Shown here piece by piece: positions 48,225-57,290 of a stretch of 64,000 bases of DNA; the first letter of the stretch is position 1; each line of letters begins with the position of its first letter. The notes under the pieces were generated by a model. The model did no database searches and had not been told where the DNA came from. It saw only the letters and a list, made by a program, of their open reading frames with translations. The stretch comes from a virus. Taxonomy: Duplodnaviria > Caudoviricetes. The DNA lies in the IMG/VR virus record IMGVR_UViG_3300025129_000005; one strand, 5' to 3'. A program made the position numbers and the translations under genes.

Positions 48225-48734
48225 ATGAAATTTGGTACATTTATTTTAAACGAAAATATGATAGATAAATCCAAATCATTTTTAAAAAAAATGGATTTTT
48301 CAAAGTCAAAGAATTTCCTTAAAAATGAATTTGATAAGTTTGTGCATGCATCGATATCCAGTGGTATAGAAGAACAGGTTATATCTCTGATCAACAAAGC
48401 CTTTGGTACACATTTTCGTAATCTAAACCAACTAAAAAAAGAAAGATTGAAAGAATCGGATGAATTGATTAACGAAGACCTTGCTCATTGGTGGGATGTA
48501 GTTAAAACAGAGGCATTTCCTACCTTAGCATTTTATCCGGCATTAACGGTTTGGTTAGAGATTGATAAACTGTTCAAAATGCAGGACATGGATATAACTA
48601 AAACTATTGTGTATTCTTTGTTTTGGATATTACTTATAAGCGGTAAATACGTAAAGGGTTGGTCACAATGGAAAAAACAAAACCCTGATGAATATAATGC
48701 TGAAAGGTTACAAGGTAAAGGAGGAATAATATAA
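48225..48734 (+). CDS. Membrane-helix protein with capsid-targeting-like leader
   Basis: MKFGTFILNE; second INE|D site; two hydrophobic helices. Confidence 0.65.
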   Translation: MKFGTFILNENMIDKSKSFLKKMDFSKSKNFLKNEFDKFVHASISSGIEEQVISLINKAFGTHFRNLNQLKKERLKESDELINEDLAHWWDVVKTEAFPTLAFYPALTVWLEIDKLFKMQDMDITKTIVYSLFWILLISGKYVKGWSQWKKQNPDEYNAERLQGKGGII

Positions 48735-48923
48735 TTAGTAAAATCGGAAGGCTATTAAAACGATTGGGTTGAATATGGATGTTGACACTAAAACACTCAC
48801 AGATCCAACGATACTTTGAAACGTTGGTATGACGATACATCAAAAATGGATACAGGAATAAGAAAATTACAAGATAAACTGATTCATAGTGAAATAAAAA
48901 AATGAGGCTTATTGGAGGATAAA

Positions 48924-49304
48924 ATGGATTTATTGAATAAGATTGATATGTTTGTTGGTTATACTGTTGAGGATATCAACGAGGAAACTGAGTACCAAAA
49001 ATTTTTCAAAAAGAAGTTGAAGGCATATAATATATCTTCACCTTCTGAACTTGATGACGAAAAGAAGAAGAAATTCTTTGATGAGATTAAAAAAGAGTGG
49101 ACTTCTGGCAAAGGTGAGAAAAAAACCAACGAAGGTGAACTACCACCCGCATTGAAGAAGGCCATTGAAGCGAAAAAGAAGAAAGATGGTGATGATGGTG
49201 ATGGGGAAGAGGGTGAGTCCAAAAAACATGAAGACTCTGAGTCTGATAAAGAAGAAAAAGAGGAACACAAGAAAGGATCTAAAAAAGACAAAGCCGATAA
49301 ATAA
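48924..49304 (+). CDS. Highly charged putative prohead core/internal protein
   Basis: GGAGG RBS before MDLLNKID; DINE|E and TNE|G sites; Lys/Glu-rich. Confidence 0.55.
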   Translation: MDLLNKIDMFVGYTVEDINEETEYQKFFKKKLKAYNISSPSELDDEKKKKFFDEIKKEWTSGKGEKKTNEGELPPALKKAIEAKKKKDGDDGDGEEGESKKHEDSESDKEEKEEHKKGSKKDKADK

Positions 49305-49780
49305 TGAACAATCGTTCTATTAAGAGTCATATAACATCAGGTTGTACAAAGTATGTCCCTGTATACCCTGAGAAGTATAAAGGCAAACCACCCATTATAT
49401 GTAGATCGGGTTGGGAAGAGGTATTCTGTCGATGGGCTGATCACTCAGGAGGCATCAAATCTTGGGCGAGCGAAGAGGTTTCGATTAGATATCAAGACCC
49501 CATTCAGCCCATCAAGAATAATAAACCACATTTCAAGACCTATTGGCCTGATTATGTGATTGAGACAATACATGATGAGATATATCTTATTGAGGTCAAG
49601 CCCTTTAAGTATACAAAACCACCAACAAAAAACAAGAATAAATCTCGAAAGACAATTATGACTGAGAACAAATCTTGGTTGGTTAATCAGGCTAAATGGA
49701 AAGCAGCCGACGTATACTGTTTTAAGAAGGGCTGGATATTTAAAATAATCACGGAAAAGGAATTATTTGGGAAATTATAA
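49304..49780 (+). CDS. Head completion nuclease, T4 gp4-like
   Basis: PEKYKG...RSGWE..FCRWAD...WASEE...YWPD...EVKP...VNQAKW.AA PD-(D/E)xK pattern. Confidence 0.85.
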   Translation: MNNRSIKSHITSGCTKYVPVYPEKYKGKPPIICRSGWEEVFCRWADHSGGIKSWASEEVSIRYQDPIQPIKNNKPHFKTYWPDYVIETIHDEIYLIEVKPFKYTKPPTKNKNKSRKTIMTENKSWLVNQAKWKAADVYCFKKGWIFKIITEKELFGKL

Positions 49781-50298
49781 TGGCTATTAGGGTAATCATG
49801 AGAAAGAATTTCCAGAATGTCGCATGGCGTTCTGGTCATATCTATAAATTTAAATATCAGGCATGGTCGAATGATCCAGAACCTGTGATAATTCTAATGT
49901 ATGCGTTGAGTGGTACACATCCTAACACTGGTCATGAGTGGAGATTTTTTCAGGGAATAAATTTCACTTATATAGATAGGTCTCATCGCAGACAATTTGC
50001 AAAGTCATGGGTCAGGGAATGGGAAACTACAGGTGGAAGTTTTCAGTTCACCTATGAGAGGGTGAAGAGACAATATCCCTATCTACAGACGGCGGTTAGG
50101 AGGTATTTCTTTAGCCCTGCTTATTATATACAAAACCCTATAGAAGTGCCATTAGAGGATATAGAAAGTGTCATTGTTAGTACATGGTCTAAAGATTTTA
50201 GTAAAAAATTAAGAACCAATCTTGTTCAAAAGTTTAAAGGGGCAAAACAAAGAATTGCACAGGGGTTGGAGACAGGTATATTCAAATCAAGACGATGA
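49780..50298 (+). CDS. DNA end protector, T4 gp2-like
   Basis: GHIYKFKY...P......GINFTYI...R...YERVK...AVRRY; adjacent to gp4-like as in T4-like phages. Confidence 0.6.
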   Translation: MAIRVIMRKNFQNVAWRSGHIYKFKYQAWSNDPEPVIILMYALSGTHPNTGHEWRFFQGINFTYIDRSHRRQFAKSWVREWETTGGSFQFTYERVKRQYPYLQTAVRRYFFSPAYYIQNPIEVPLEDIESVIVSTWSKDFSKKLRTNLVQKFKGAKQRIAQGLETGIFKSRR

Positions 50299-50528
50299 AA
50301 TATGTAAAGTTAAACTTGACATTTGGGGATAAACTTAAAATGTTGTTATTTGGTTTGGTGCCAGAGGACAAACTCCCCGTCAAAGAAGTCGTCCGTGAAG
50401 ATATTGTCGAAAATGAGATTCGGCGTGTATATAATGACCATAAAGAAGTTATAAATACAAAAGATGATGAGAAATTTCATGTTCCATTTTTTGAGTTACA
50501 AGACGATGACGTGAAGAGTAATTTCTAA
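50295..50528 (+). CDS. Hypothetical protein
   Basis: ATGA overlap; VPFFEL motif. Confidence 0.6.
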   Translation: MKYVKLNLTFGDKLKMLLFGLVPEDKLPVKEVVREDIVENEIRRVYNDHKEVINTKDDEKFHVPFFELQDDDVKSNF

Positions 50529-50537
50529 GGAGTTTTT

Positions 50538-50975
50538 ATGAAAATAGATGAAGTTATAGATAGATATTTGGTGGAAATGGATATTGATAAAGTACTTAAA
50601 TCTTTGTTTGATGGTAAAACTAAAAGAAAAGCTTTAATAAAAAAATCTAGTTTTATTGATAAACTATTAGGTATTTTTGTCGATGTTAATTCAATTGATG
50701 GTGAACTTGGATTGAATGCCGACGCTATGCGAGATGTGTTAGATAGTGAAGGTTTCACTGATGAGGAAATAAAAGCCATAAGAGAAGTTGTTATTAAAGC
50801 ATCTAAGACTGTATCACGTTATATTGCGAACAAATATAAAATGAAGGTGTCAGAAATACCATCAAATTTTGGTGTTTATACTGTAGTTAATATGTCCCTT
50901 TCTGATAGTAAAATGGAGAAAGAATTTAACGATCTATTAAAGAAACAGGTATATCAAAGATTGAATAAGATATAA
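50538..50975 (+). CDS. Leader-bearing hypothetical protein
   Basis: AAGGAG RBS; MKIDEVIDRYLVE. Confidence 0.6.
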   Translation: MKIDEVIDRYLVEMDIDKVLKSLFDGKTKRKALIKKSSFIDKLLGIFVDVNSIDGELGLNADAMRDVLDSEGFTDEEIKAIREVVIKASKTVSRYIANKYKMKVSEIPSNFGVYTVVNMSLSDSKMEKEFNDLLKKQVYQRLNKI

Positions 50976-51045
50976 GAGCAATTTCTAAGGTGTAAATATG
51001 TATGATATCGACAATATGATATTTCAGGATAAGGAGAAAATAGAA

Positions 51046-52113
51046 ATGAGTGATACACAAACTGTTACCGAAAAAAGAACCGTTGTGAAAAGTGAAACTA
51101 AGGCTAAGAAAAACAAGCCGGGTATTGGATTAGATGTTGGTACAGGGTTTCTTGTTGGCGCGGGTTATGATGGAGCAAAAGTAAAATTCGCACCTCTCAG
51201 GGACGCATTTTATACTTTAGATAAAGATACATTTAATCGTTCAATGTTTGATAAGGGTAGTATGAAATATATAGAAATAGGTGGTAGTGTTCATGTTATT
51301 GGTGAGGATGCGTTAACTCTTGCCAAGATTAGAAATACTTCTGCCTCTCGTCCTTTGAGTGAAGGTGTAATTAACCCTAAAGAAAGGAATGCTGCACCTA
51401 TTTTAAAAGAAATGTTCAGATATTGTGTACAACCATTCATAAATCGAGAAGGAGAGACAATAGTTTTTTCTGTGCCTGCACAAAAGATTGGTGATGAAGG
51501 ATTTAACGTTGATTATCACTCTATGTCTATACAGTCATTGGCAAAAACCTTTGGACTTAATGCGGTACCTTTAAACGAAGCGTATGCTGTAATTCTTTCT
51601 GAGATGGAAAGTACTGATGATGTTACTGGATTAGGGTTTTCTTTCGGCGCAGGTTTAGTAAATGTGTGTTTTGTGTATAAATCTATGTTGTTGTTTGAAT
51701 TCAGCATAGGAAAATCAGGTGATTTTATTGATACAGAATCAGCAAAAGCGTGTGGAATTTCCACTTCTGTAATAAATCATATTAAAGAGAAGGAATTAGT
51801 TTTGACAGCTGATGAATTTTCTGCCTCTCCTGAAATTAGAGCGTTGATTTTTACTTATAGATACGTGATTAAGAATACCCTAAAAGAGGTACTCAGAGCA
51901 TTTACTACAACAAGTGATATTAATGTTATTGATCCAATTCCGATTGTTATTTCAGGTGGAACGAGTATTCCAGAGGGGTTTATTGATTTATTTCAAGAAG
52001 AGCTTAAAAACGTTAACTTGCCGTTCAAGGTAACAGAAGTTATCCCGGCTAAAAATAGGTTGGCGGCGGTTGCGCATGGCTGTTTGATCTGGGCGAACCA
52101 CCTAGAAAAATAA
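51046..52113 (+). CDS. Actin-like ATPase
   Basis: GLDVGTG (phosphate 1), LNEAYAV (connect 1), GFSFGAG (phosphate 2), ISGGTS (adenosine), AVAHG (connect 2); AAGGAG RBS before 51046. Confidence 0.8.
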   Translation: MSDTQTVTEKRTVVKSETKAKKNKPGIGLDVGTGFLVGAGYDGAKVKFAPLRDAFYTLDKDTFNRSMFDKGSMKYIEIGGSVHVIGEDALTLAKIRNTSASRPLSEGVINPKERNAAPILKEMFRYCVQPFINREGETIVFSVPAQKIGDEGFNVDYHSMSIQSLAKTFGLNAVPLNEAYAVILSEMESTDDVTGLGFSFGAGLVNVCFVYKSMLLFEFSIGKSGDFIDTESAKACGISTSVINHIKEKELVLTADEFSASPEIRALIFTYRYVIKNTLKEVLRAFTTTSDINVIDPIPIVISGGTSIPEGFIDLFQEELKNVNLPFKVTEVIPAKNRLAAVAHGCLIWANHLEK

Positions 52114-52126
52114 GAGAGAGGTAGTT

Positions 52127-52495
52127 ATGTCAGATGACAAAACGCCCATTCATTCCGAAGGCTGGAAGCAATGGTCAATGCAGGTAAAAGAGTCCCTTGA
52201 AAAATTAGAGAAGAAAGTAGAATTGTTAGAGGGTCGTACTACAAAACACAGAGAAGAATTTTTAGTTGAAACAACTACGCTAAAGGTTAAAGCTGGTGTT
52301 GTAGGTACGGTTGCAGGTATTATAGCATCTTTGGTGACTACTATTATGGGGGGTTTTATTGTATACCAGTTAACTACCGCTAGACATAGTAGCCCCCCTG
52401 AAACCTACAAACATCCATCACAGACAGAGCAGCCAGTCGGTATGATATCCCCTAGCTCACTAAATATTTTGAATATAAAGGGGGATATTAGCTAA
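52127..52495 (+). CDS. Coiled-coil plus single-TM protein (holin-like)
   Basis: ESLEKLEKKVELLE then hydrophobic AGVVGTVAGIIASLVTTIMGGFIVY. Confidence 0.45.
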   Translation: MSDDKTPIHSEGWKQWSMQVKESLEKLEKKVELLEGRTTKHREEFLVETTTLKVKAGVVGTVAGIIASLVTTIMGGFIVYQLTTARHSSPPETYKHPSQTEQPVGMISPSSLNILNIKGDIS

Positions 52496-53622
52496 TGGGG
52501 TGGATTGATAATTTATCGAGACGTATCGGCGAAAGAAAGGTTAAATCAATGATAGAAAAGGAACATCAGGAAACTCCTATGCCAGATATCAAAAAAGATC
52601 TTGATGACCTTGAAGAGTTGAGATTACAGTTGGTAAAAAAAGACGAGGAACTCGAAAAAACTCGCCTCGAATGGGATCGGACTTTTGATTCAATCATCGA
52701 TAACATAGTATTAATTGACAGGGATATGTGTATAACAAAGGCTAACAATTCTTTCCATGATTGCATGGAAAGAGAGGTTGGTCATATAGAATATCTGGGT
52801 ATGAGATGGTCTGATTTTAGAAGCATTTCGGGTATACCAAGTGACGTATGTCCTGTAGAAAGATGCTTTGAAACCGGAGTTCATCAAGAAGCAACTATTC
52901 CGATTCGAGGTAAAATAGTGGCTGTCACGGTTAATCCTATATATATTAACACAACAATGGGTAAAGAGATACTTGGTGTCGTTCGTGTATCAAGAGATAT
53001 AACCTCTGTGGAGAAGATTAAAACCACATTAGAGAGACGATCTACTATATACCACGCTATATCAGAAATGAGTAAAATATTAGTTAATCATAGGAATTGG
53101 AGTTCTGCTGTTAATTTGATCCTTGGTGATCTCGGTAGAGCAATAGGTGCTAGCAGGGTATATATTTTTAAAAATGAAATAAGGGGTGATTGTATCTGTT
53201 CAATCCGACAGAGTGTTTTTCATAACAAACAAAGGGATTATTGTGATTCTGGTGATTTAACTGATTGTATTAATTATGATTTATTACCGGAATGGCGTTC
53301 TAAAATGGAACATGGTTTGTCTGTTGAGGGGAGTATCATAGATTGTGATTTGTGTCCCAATAAACATGCATGTAAATGCTCGGATGAGGTCTTGGTTTGC
53401 GCTGTCCCTGTTTTTGTTGATGGTAGCTGGTGGGGTTTTATTGGATTTGACTATCAGAACGGAACACGTATTTGGAAGGACGAGGATGCCACTTTGTTAC
53501 GAATTGCGGCAGATATCCTTGGTGGCGTCATTTATCACCGCAGTAGATATTTTGATGCTTTGAATGCTTTGAATGGTTTGGAAGATTGTGTAGATGAACT
53601 GGTTCATGAAAGGGAATTATAG
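52495..53622 (+). CDS. PAS-GAF sensor-like protein lacking an output domain
   Basis: EWDRTFDSIIDNIVLIDRD..ITKAN (PAS); LGRAIGASRVYIF...AVPVFVDGSWWGFIGFD...W...D..LL (GAF); ends at ELVHER. Confidence 0.8.
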   Translation: MGWIDNLSRRIGERKVKSMIEKEHQETPMPDIKKDLDDLEELRLQLVKKDEELEKTRLEWDRTFDSIIDNIVLIDRDMCITKANNSFHDCMEREVGHIEYLGMRWSDFRSISGIPSDVCPVERCFETGVHQEATIPIRGKIVAVTVNPIYINTTMGKEILGVVRVSRDITSVEKIKTTLERRSTIYHAISEMSKILVNHRNWSSAVNLILGDLGRAIGASRVYIFKNEIRGDCICSIRQSVFHNKQRDYCDSGDLTDCINYDLLPEWRSKMEHGLSVEGSIIDCDLCPNKHACKCSDEVLVCAVPVFVDGSWWGFIGFDYQNGTRIWKDEDATLLRIAADILGGVIYHRSRYFDALNALNGLEDCVDELVHEREL

Positions 53623-53625
53623 GTT

Positions 53626-55071
53626 ATGGCGGTAACAGTAAATACCAGTAATTATTCACTATTAAGTAACTGTGATTCATTAACCAGTGGTGGGACGTGG
53701 ACTGGCGGTAATGCCAGAACCATTGAAACAGATTTTTATAAATTTGATGGTGGTGGTGGTACACCCGCGTGTATCGCTTATACAATAAGAACTATCTCAA
53801 ACTATCAGCTGAATTTTTCACCAACGACCTCCGTTAATTTAACAGTAGGATCTCCTATTATACGATTGTGGTTCTTGTCGTCTCAACAATTTGCTTCTCA
53901 AGCATTAGGTGGTATTAGATTTTATATAACCAATGGTGTAAACACAGCGTACTGGAATGTATTAGGAGGGGACACGTACCCCGGTGGTTGGTATATGATT
54001 GCTGTTGACACTGACACAACACAAACCAGCGGAACAAAACCTACCATGACATCCATCACCGGGATCGGTTTGGATATCACGACAACAGCCGCTTCAAAGA
54101 ATATTCCCACTACATATATAGATCATTTGCATAGGTTGGATAGTTTGATTACATATGGTGATGTTGGAGGTGTAAGCCCGTATGGTATAGAAGAGGTATA
54201 TCAGGCACAGAATACAACCACAACAGCATATGGTGTAATAAGAAAGGTTAACTCTGTTTATTTCCTCGCAGGTTCTTATGGTATAGGTGATGCCACTGGT
54301 GCAAACAATACGGATTACGCTGATAGTGATGAAGTTATCATATATGACGGATCGCCTATGGCCGATGGTAAATTCAATATAATCGTGGTTGAGGGAACCG
54401 GTGTAACCGATGCATCATTTAACCAATGTGTTATAAAAGCATCAGGAAATCCTTTTGATTTTAATGGTACGGACACTGGTGTACCTATATCACTAACTGG
54501 TAACAGTTTCATTAATTGTCGATTGCCTGAGTTTTCCTCTGATGATACTGTAACAAGCAATAATTTTATTGGTTGTAATGCAGTATATCCATATTCAAGT
54601 ACTTTTGAGAATAATACAATTTCTGCCAGTATTGAGACTGTCACGGGATCGTTATATATAGATTCTACATCAACGGCAACTAATTGTGTTAATTTAACAT
54701 TTAATACTTATAGTGGAAAATATGCGGTTTATATTCCGGCAACGGTAACGGGATCTATAACATTTGATAATTGGCAGTTTGATGGTAGCGGTACGGATGC
54801 TTATTCAGGGAACATGCTTGATGCTGCTAAACCTTCAACTGGTGTGTTTGGTATGACCTCTCAGGCAAATACCATGTATACTACATTGATGAAAGATGGT
54901 TATGTTCAACTTGATCTTAGAGAACACTTTGAACGTAATACAGAATTGATGTATAGAAAGGCAGAGTTAGACGACGAGCCGGACAATTGGGCTATACGAG
55001 TTAAAACATTTAATGATGCGGATACAGCACAGCTGGCATTTGCTATTTCGTGGTTGGAAATTAGAGCCTAA
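53626..55071 (+). CDS. Putative virion structural protein
   Basis: Thr/Gly/Asn-rich beta protein in late cluster with beta-helix-like middle (NSFINC, NNFIGC). Confidence 0.6.
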   Translation: MAVTVNTSNYSLLSNCDSLTSGGTWTGGNARTIETDFYKFDGGGGTPACIAYTIRTISNYQLNFSPTTSVNLTVGSPIIRLWFLSSQQFASQALGGIRFYITNGVNTAYWNVLGGDTYPGGWYMIAVDTDTTQTSGTKPTMTSITGIGLDITTTAASKNIPTTYIDHLHRLDSLITYGDVGGVSPYGIEEVYQAQNTTTTAYGVIRKVNSVYFLAGSYGIGDATGANNTDYADSDEVIIYDGSPMADGKFNIIVVEGTGVTDASFNQCVIKASGNPFDFNGTDTGVPISLTGNSFINCRLPEFSSDDTVTSNNFIGCNAVYPYSSTFENNTISASIETVTGSLYIDSTSTATNCVNLTFNTYSGKYAVYIPATVTGSITFDNWQFDGSGTDAYSGNMLDAAKPSTGVFGMTSQANTMYTTLMKDGYVQLDLREHFERNTELMYRKAELDDEPDNWAIRVKTFNDADTAQLAFAISWLEIRA

Positions 55072-55904
55072 TGTTACAGAGTATTGCTTGGGGTAACCAA
55101 TGGGATTACTGGAAATACTTTGATGGTGAAGTTGATGACCATAGAGTCATGTTTGATGGTCCCACAAAAACTATTTGGATACTTGAAGGAATTTCTGAGA
55201 TCTTTGTTAAAGAACATCTTTATTCTGATTGGAAAGAGTGGATTTCTTTATACGATCATACCAAGTACCCACAAGCATTTGAAACAGAGGGCGGTAGACC
55301 CATTTCTGCAACAGAACGATTAGGTGATTCCTATCTCTTGATCAACGATTGGACTATTAGACAAAGAGATTCAAGAACTACGGTTAATGTCATAGGAAAC
55401 CTATATGCATATGATTCTAATAACGAGGCAAAAGATCCATACGGTGTTGATCCATATGGAGGTAGGAGTATCACATCAAAGGTTTCCAGTATAGTGAATA
55501 CCATATCACCTGATGTTAGTGGTATAGTAATAGATTACAATCAGGTTGCTTCTGCTGTTTGGAATGCGATGAAAATATCACATACGTCCAATGGCACGAT
55601 GGGACAACAAATGTCCAACATCCCCACAACGCAGCAAATTGTTAATGGTGTTTGGGATGAGAGCGCAACTAATCACAGGGGCGTTGGAAGTATTGGTGAA
55701 CAACAATATTTAACACATGAAGAATCAAAACGATCCAGACAGATGGCAACCAACAATGTTGAGATATCAAGGATTGGTTCTGGTGTATCACAAGTTGATA
55801 TGATTAATGTTTATGATGATGACGGTATAACTCTATTATACACTATTAAAGTAACAGGTGAGGATGCTGACAACAGAGAAGTCACTTACACTAAACCGTA
55901 TTAA
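55071..55904 (+). CDS. Putative virion structural protein
   Basis: TAATG coupling; FDGPTKTI...LYSDWKEW; IASAVWN/IVNGVWDE repeats. Confidence 0.6.
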   Translation: MLQSIAWGNQWDYWKYFDGEVDDHRVMFDGPTKTIWILEGISEIFVKEHLYSDWKEWISLYDHTKYPQAFETEGGRPISATERLGDSYLLINDWTIRQRDSRTTVNVIGNLYAYDSNNEAKDPYGVDPYGGRSITSKVSSIVNTISPDVSGIVIDYNQVASAVWNAMKISHTSNGTMGQQMSNIPTTQQIVNGVWDESATNHRGVGSIGEQQYLTHEESKRSRQMATNNVEISRIGSGVSQVDMINVYDDDGITLLYTIKVTGEDADNREVTYTKPY

Positions 55905-55916
55905 GGGGATTTATTA

Positions 55917-56174
55917 ATGGGCGTATATCCAATGTGGATGAATAGAAGGGGCTGTAAACCCATTACTATCGAAATCCCTGTCCCCGGTAACGGCGGTAGT
56001 GGAGGTGGCGGTAGTGGAGGTGGCGGTAGTGGAGGTGGCGGTGGTGCAGTTATACCAATAAAACAACCACTCCCTAAAGTAAGGATTAAGAAAGTCATCG
56101 TAATGGATGAGTATGAACATATGAATGTAACGGTATTACAGGTAATTGACCTGTCATTGAATGGAGGAATATAA
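55917..56174 (+). CDS. Small protein with Gly-Ser linker
   Basis: 15-bp repeat GGCGGTAGTGGAGGT x3 encoding GGSGG. Confidence 0.6.
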   Translation: MGVYPMWMNRRGCKPITIEIPVPGNGGSGGGGSGGGGSGGGGGAVIPIKQPLPKVRIKKVIVMDEYEHMNVTVLQVIDLSLNGGI

Positions 56175-56665
56175 TGTTAACGTTTGAAAAGAGGAAGACA
56201 AAGAAATTGTCCATGCCTGTTCTCGTTGAAGGTATTGATCAATCATTCCTTAGATTCAAGTTTGTTATTGAATCAAATGGAGTAGAATATGCCTTCCCTG
56301 CAGAGAGAGGTGGTGATAGCGTAAACTTCATCATCCCGCCTTTGGATACAGTTATTAGAGATATTGAGGATGGTACCTATAATGCCAAACTCGAAGTTTC
56401 TGCTATCACAGAGGGTGACAGAGGATTTTTTATGCAGCCATGGGGCGAGCAGATCAGGGTTAAGAATTCGGTTATGGTTAAACTTGAAGACCCGGTAGTG
56501 GAAGAGGATAAAATCGAAGAGGCTCCTTCCGAAAAGGTCAAACTTAAGATTACCAGTATATTTACAGAAGAAGATATTAGCACTCCAGTTAAAGAGGAAT
56601 GTGACGACGATAATAATAATGAAAAGAAAAAGAAAAATGACAAAATGAGAAAGAAATTTCTCTAA
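56174..56665 (+). CDS. Hypothetical late protein
   Basis: TAATG coupling; Ig-like beta pattern then acidic tail. Confidence 0.6.
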   Translation: MLTFEKRKTKKLSMPVLVEGIDQSFLRFKFVIESNGVEYAFPAERGGDSVNFIIPPLDTVIRDIEDGTYNAKLEVSAITEGDRGFFMQPWGEQIRVKNSVMVKLEDPVVEEDKIEEAPSEKVKLKITSIFTEEDISTPVKEECDDDNNNEKKKKNDKMRKKFL

Positions 56666-56734
56666 TAAAGTTTACATATATGGTAAAAATTGCTATCATA
56701 TGATTAAATTAAATAATTTGTGGAGGTTTGTAAT

Positions 56735-57088
56735 ATGAAGTTTGCGTTAGGTGAAATCCGAGGAATGAAAGATCCTCTTACGGTGTTAATCGAAAAGCAG
56801 ATACCCATTAAAGCGGCGTGGAAACTAAATCGTCTCATTAAGTCTTTTGATAAAGAACTCGGAGAAATCGAAGAATTTCGTGTTAACCTAGTTCAAAAAC
56901 TAGGCGATACGGGTGAGGACGGTAATATACAAGTACCTAAAGATAAAATGTCAATTTTTGTAGAAGAGTTCAATGAACTTCTTTCTCAAGAAGTTGATAT
57001 TGAATTTGATCCAATTGATATTGATGTTTTCGGTGATGTCTCGCTCAGTGCCAAGGATATGTTATTGTTAGATAAAATTTTTAAATAG
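56735..57088 (+). CDS. Hypothetical protein upstream of tail fibre (possible assembly factor)
   Basis: GGAGG RBS before MKFALG; IPIKAAWKLNR...ELLSQEVDI pattern. Confidence 0.6.
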   Translation: MKFALGEIRGMKDPLTVLIEKQIPIKAAWKLNRLIKSFDKELGEIEEFRVNLVQKLGDTGEDGNIQVPKDKMSIFVEEFNELLSQEVDIEFDPIDIDVFGDVSLSAKDMLLLDKIFK

Positions 57089-57115
57089 AAAATTTACAAA
57101 AAAATGAACAATTAT

Positions 57116-57143
57116 AGGGATGCCTGATGGTATCCTTTTTTTT
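57116..57143 (+). terminator. Intrinsic terminator
   Basis: GGATGCC-TGAT-GGTATCC followed by a long T run. Confidence 0.75.
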
Positions 57144-57246
57144 ATGTCAAAAGAGTATTTATACACTATATGTATATTTTTAAAACTTGTTGAAAAAGTC
57201 AATCATTAAACAATAAATGAGAAACCACGATGAGTGTTATTTTTTT

Positions 57247-57254
57247 TATAAATA
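57247..57254 (+). promoter_or_regulatory. T4-type late promoter TATAAATA
   Basis: Exact motif upstream of the tail fibre gene; further copies at 41118, 42344, 44029, 48175 (minus) and 63859 (plus). Confidence 0.75.
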
Positions 57255-57290
57255 ACTTATAGATGAAATTAAGTTATTGGAGACACTAAT

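Noticed and set aside
54780-55071. Abrupt compositional change in the 481-aa protein suggesting a deletion fusion of two genes
   Set aside because: Frame is intact and no junction repeat is visible; cannot be supported without homolog comparison.
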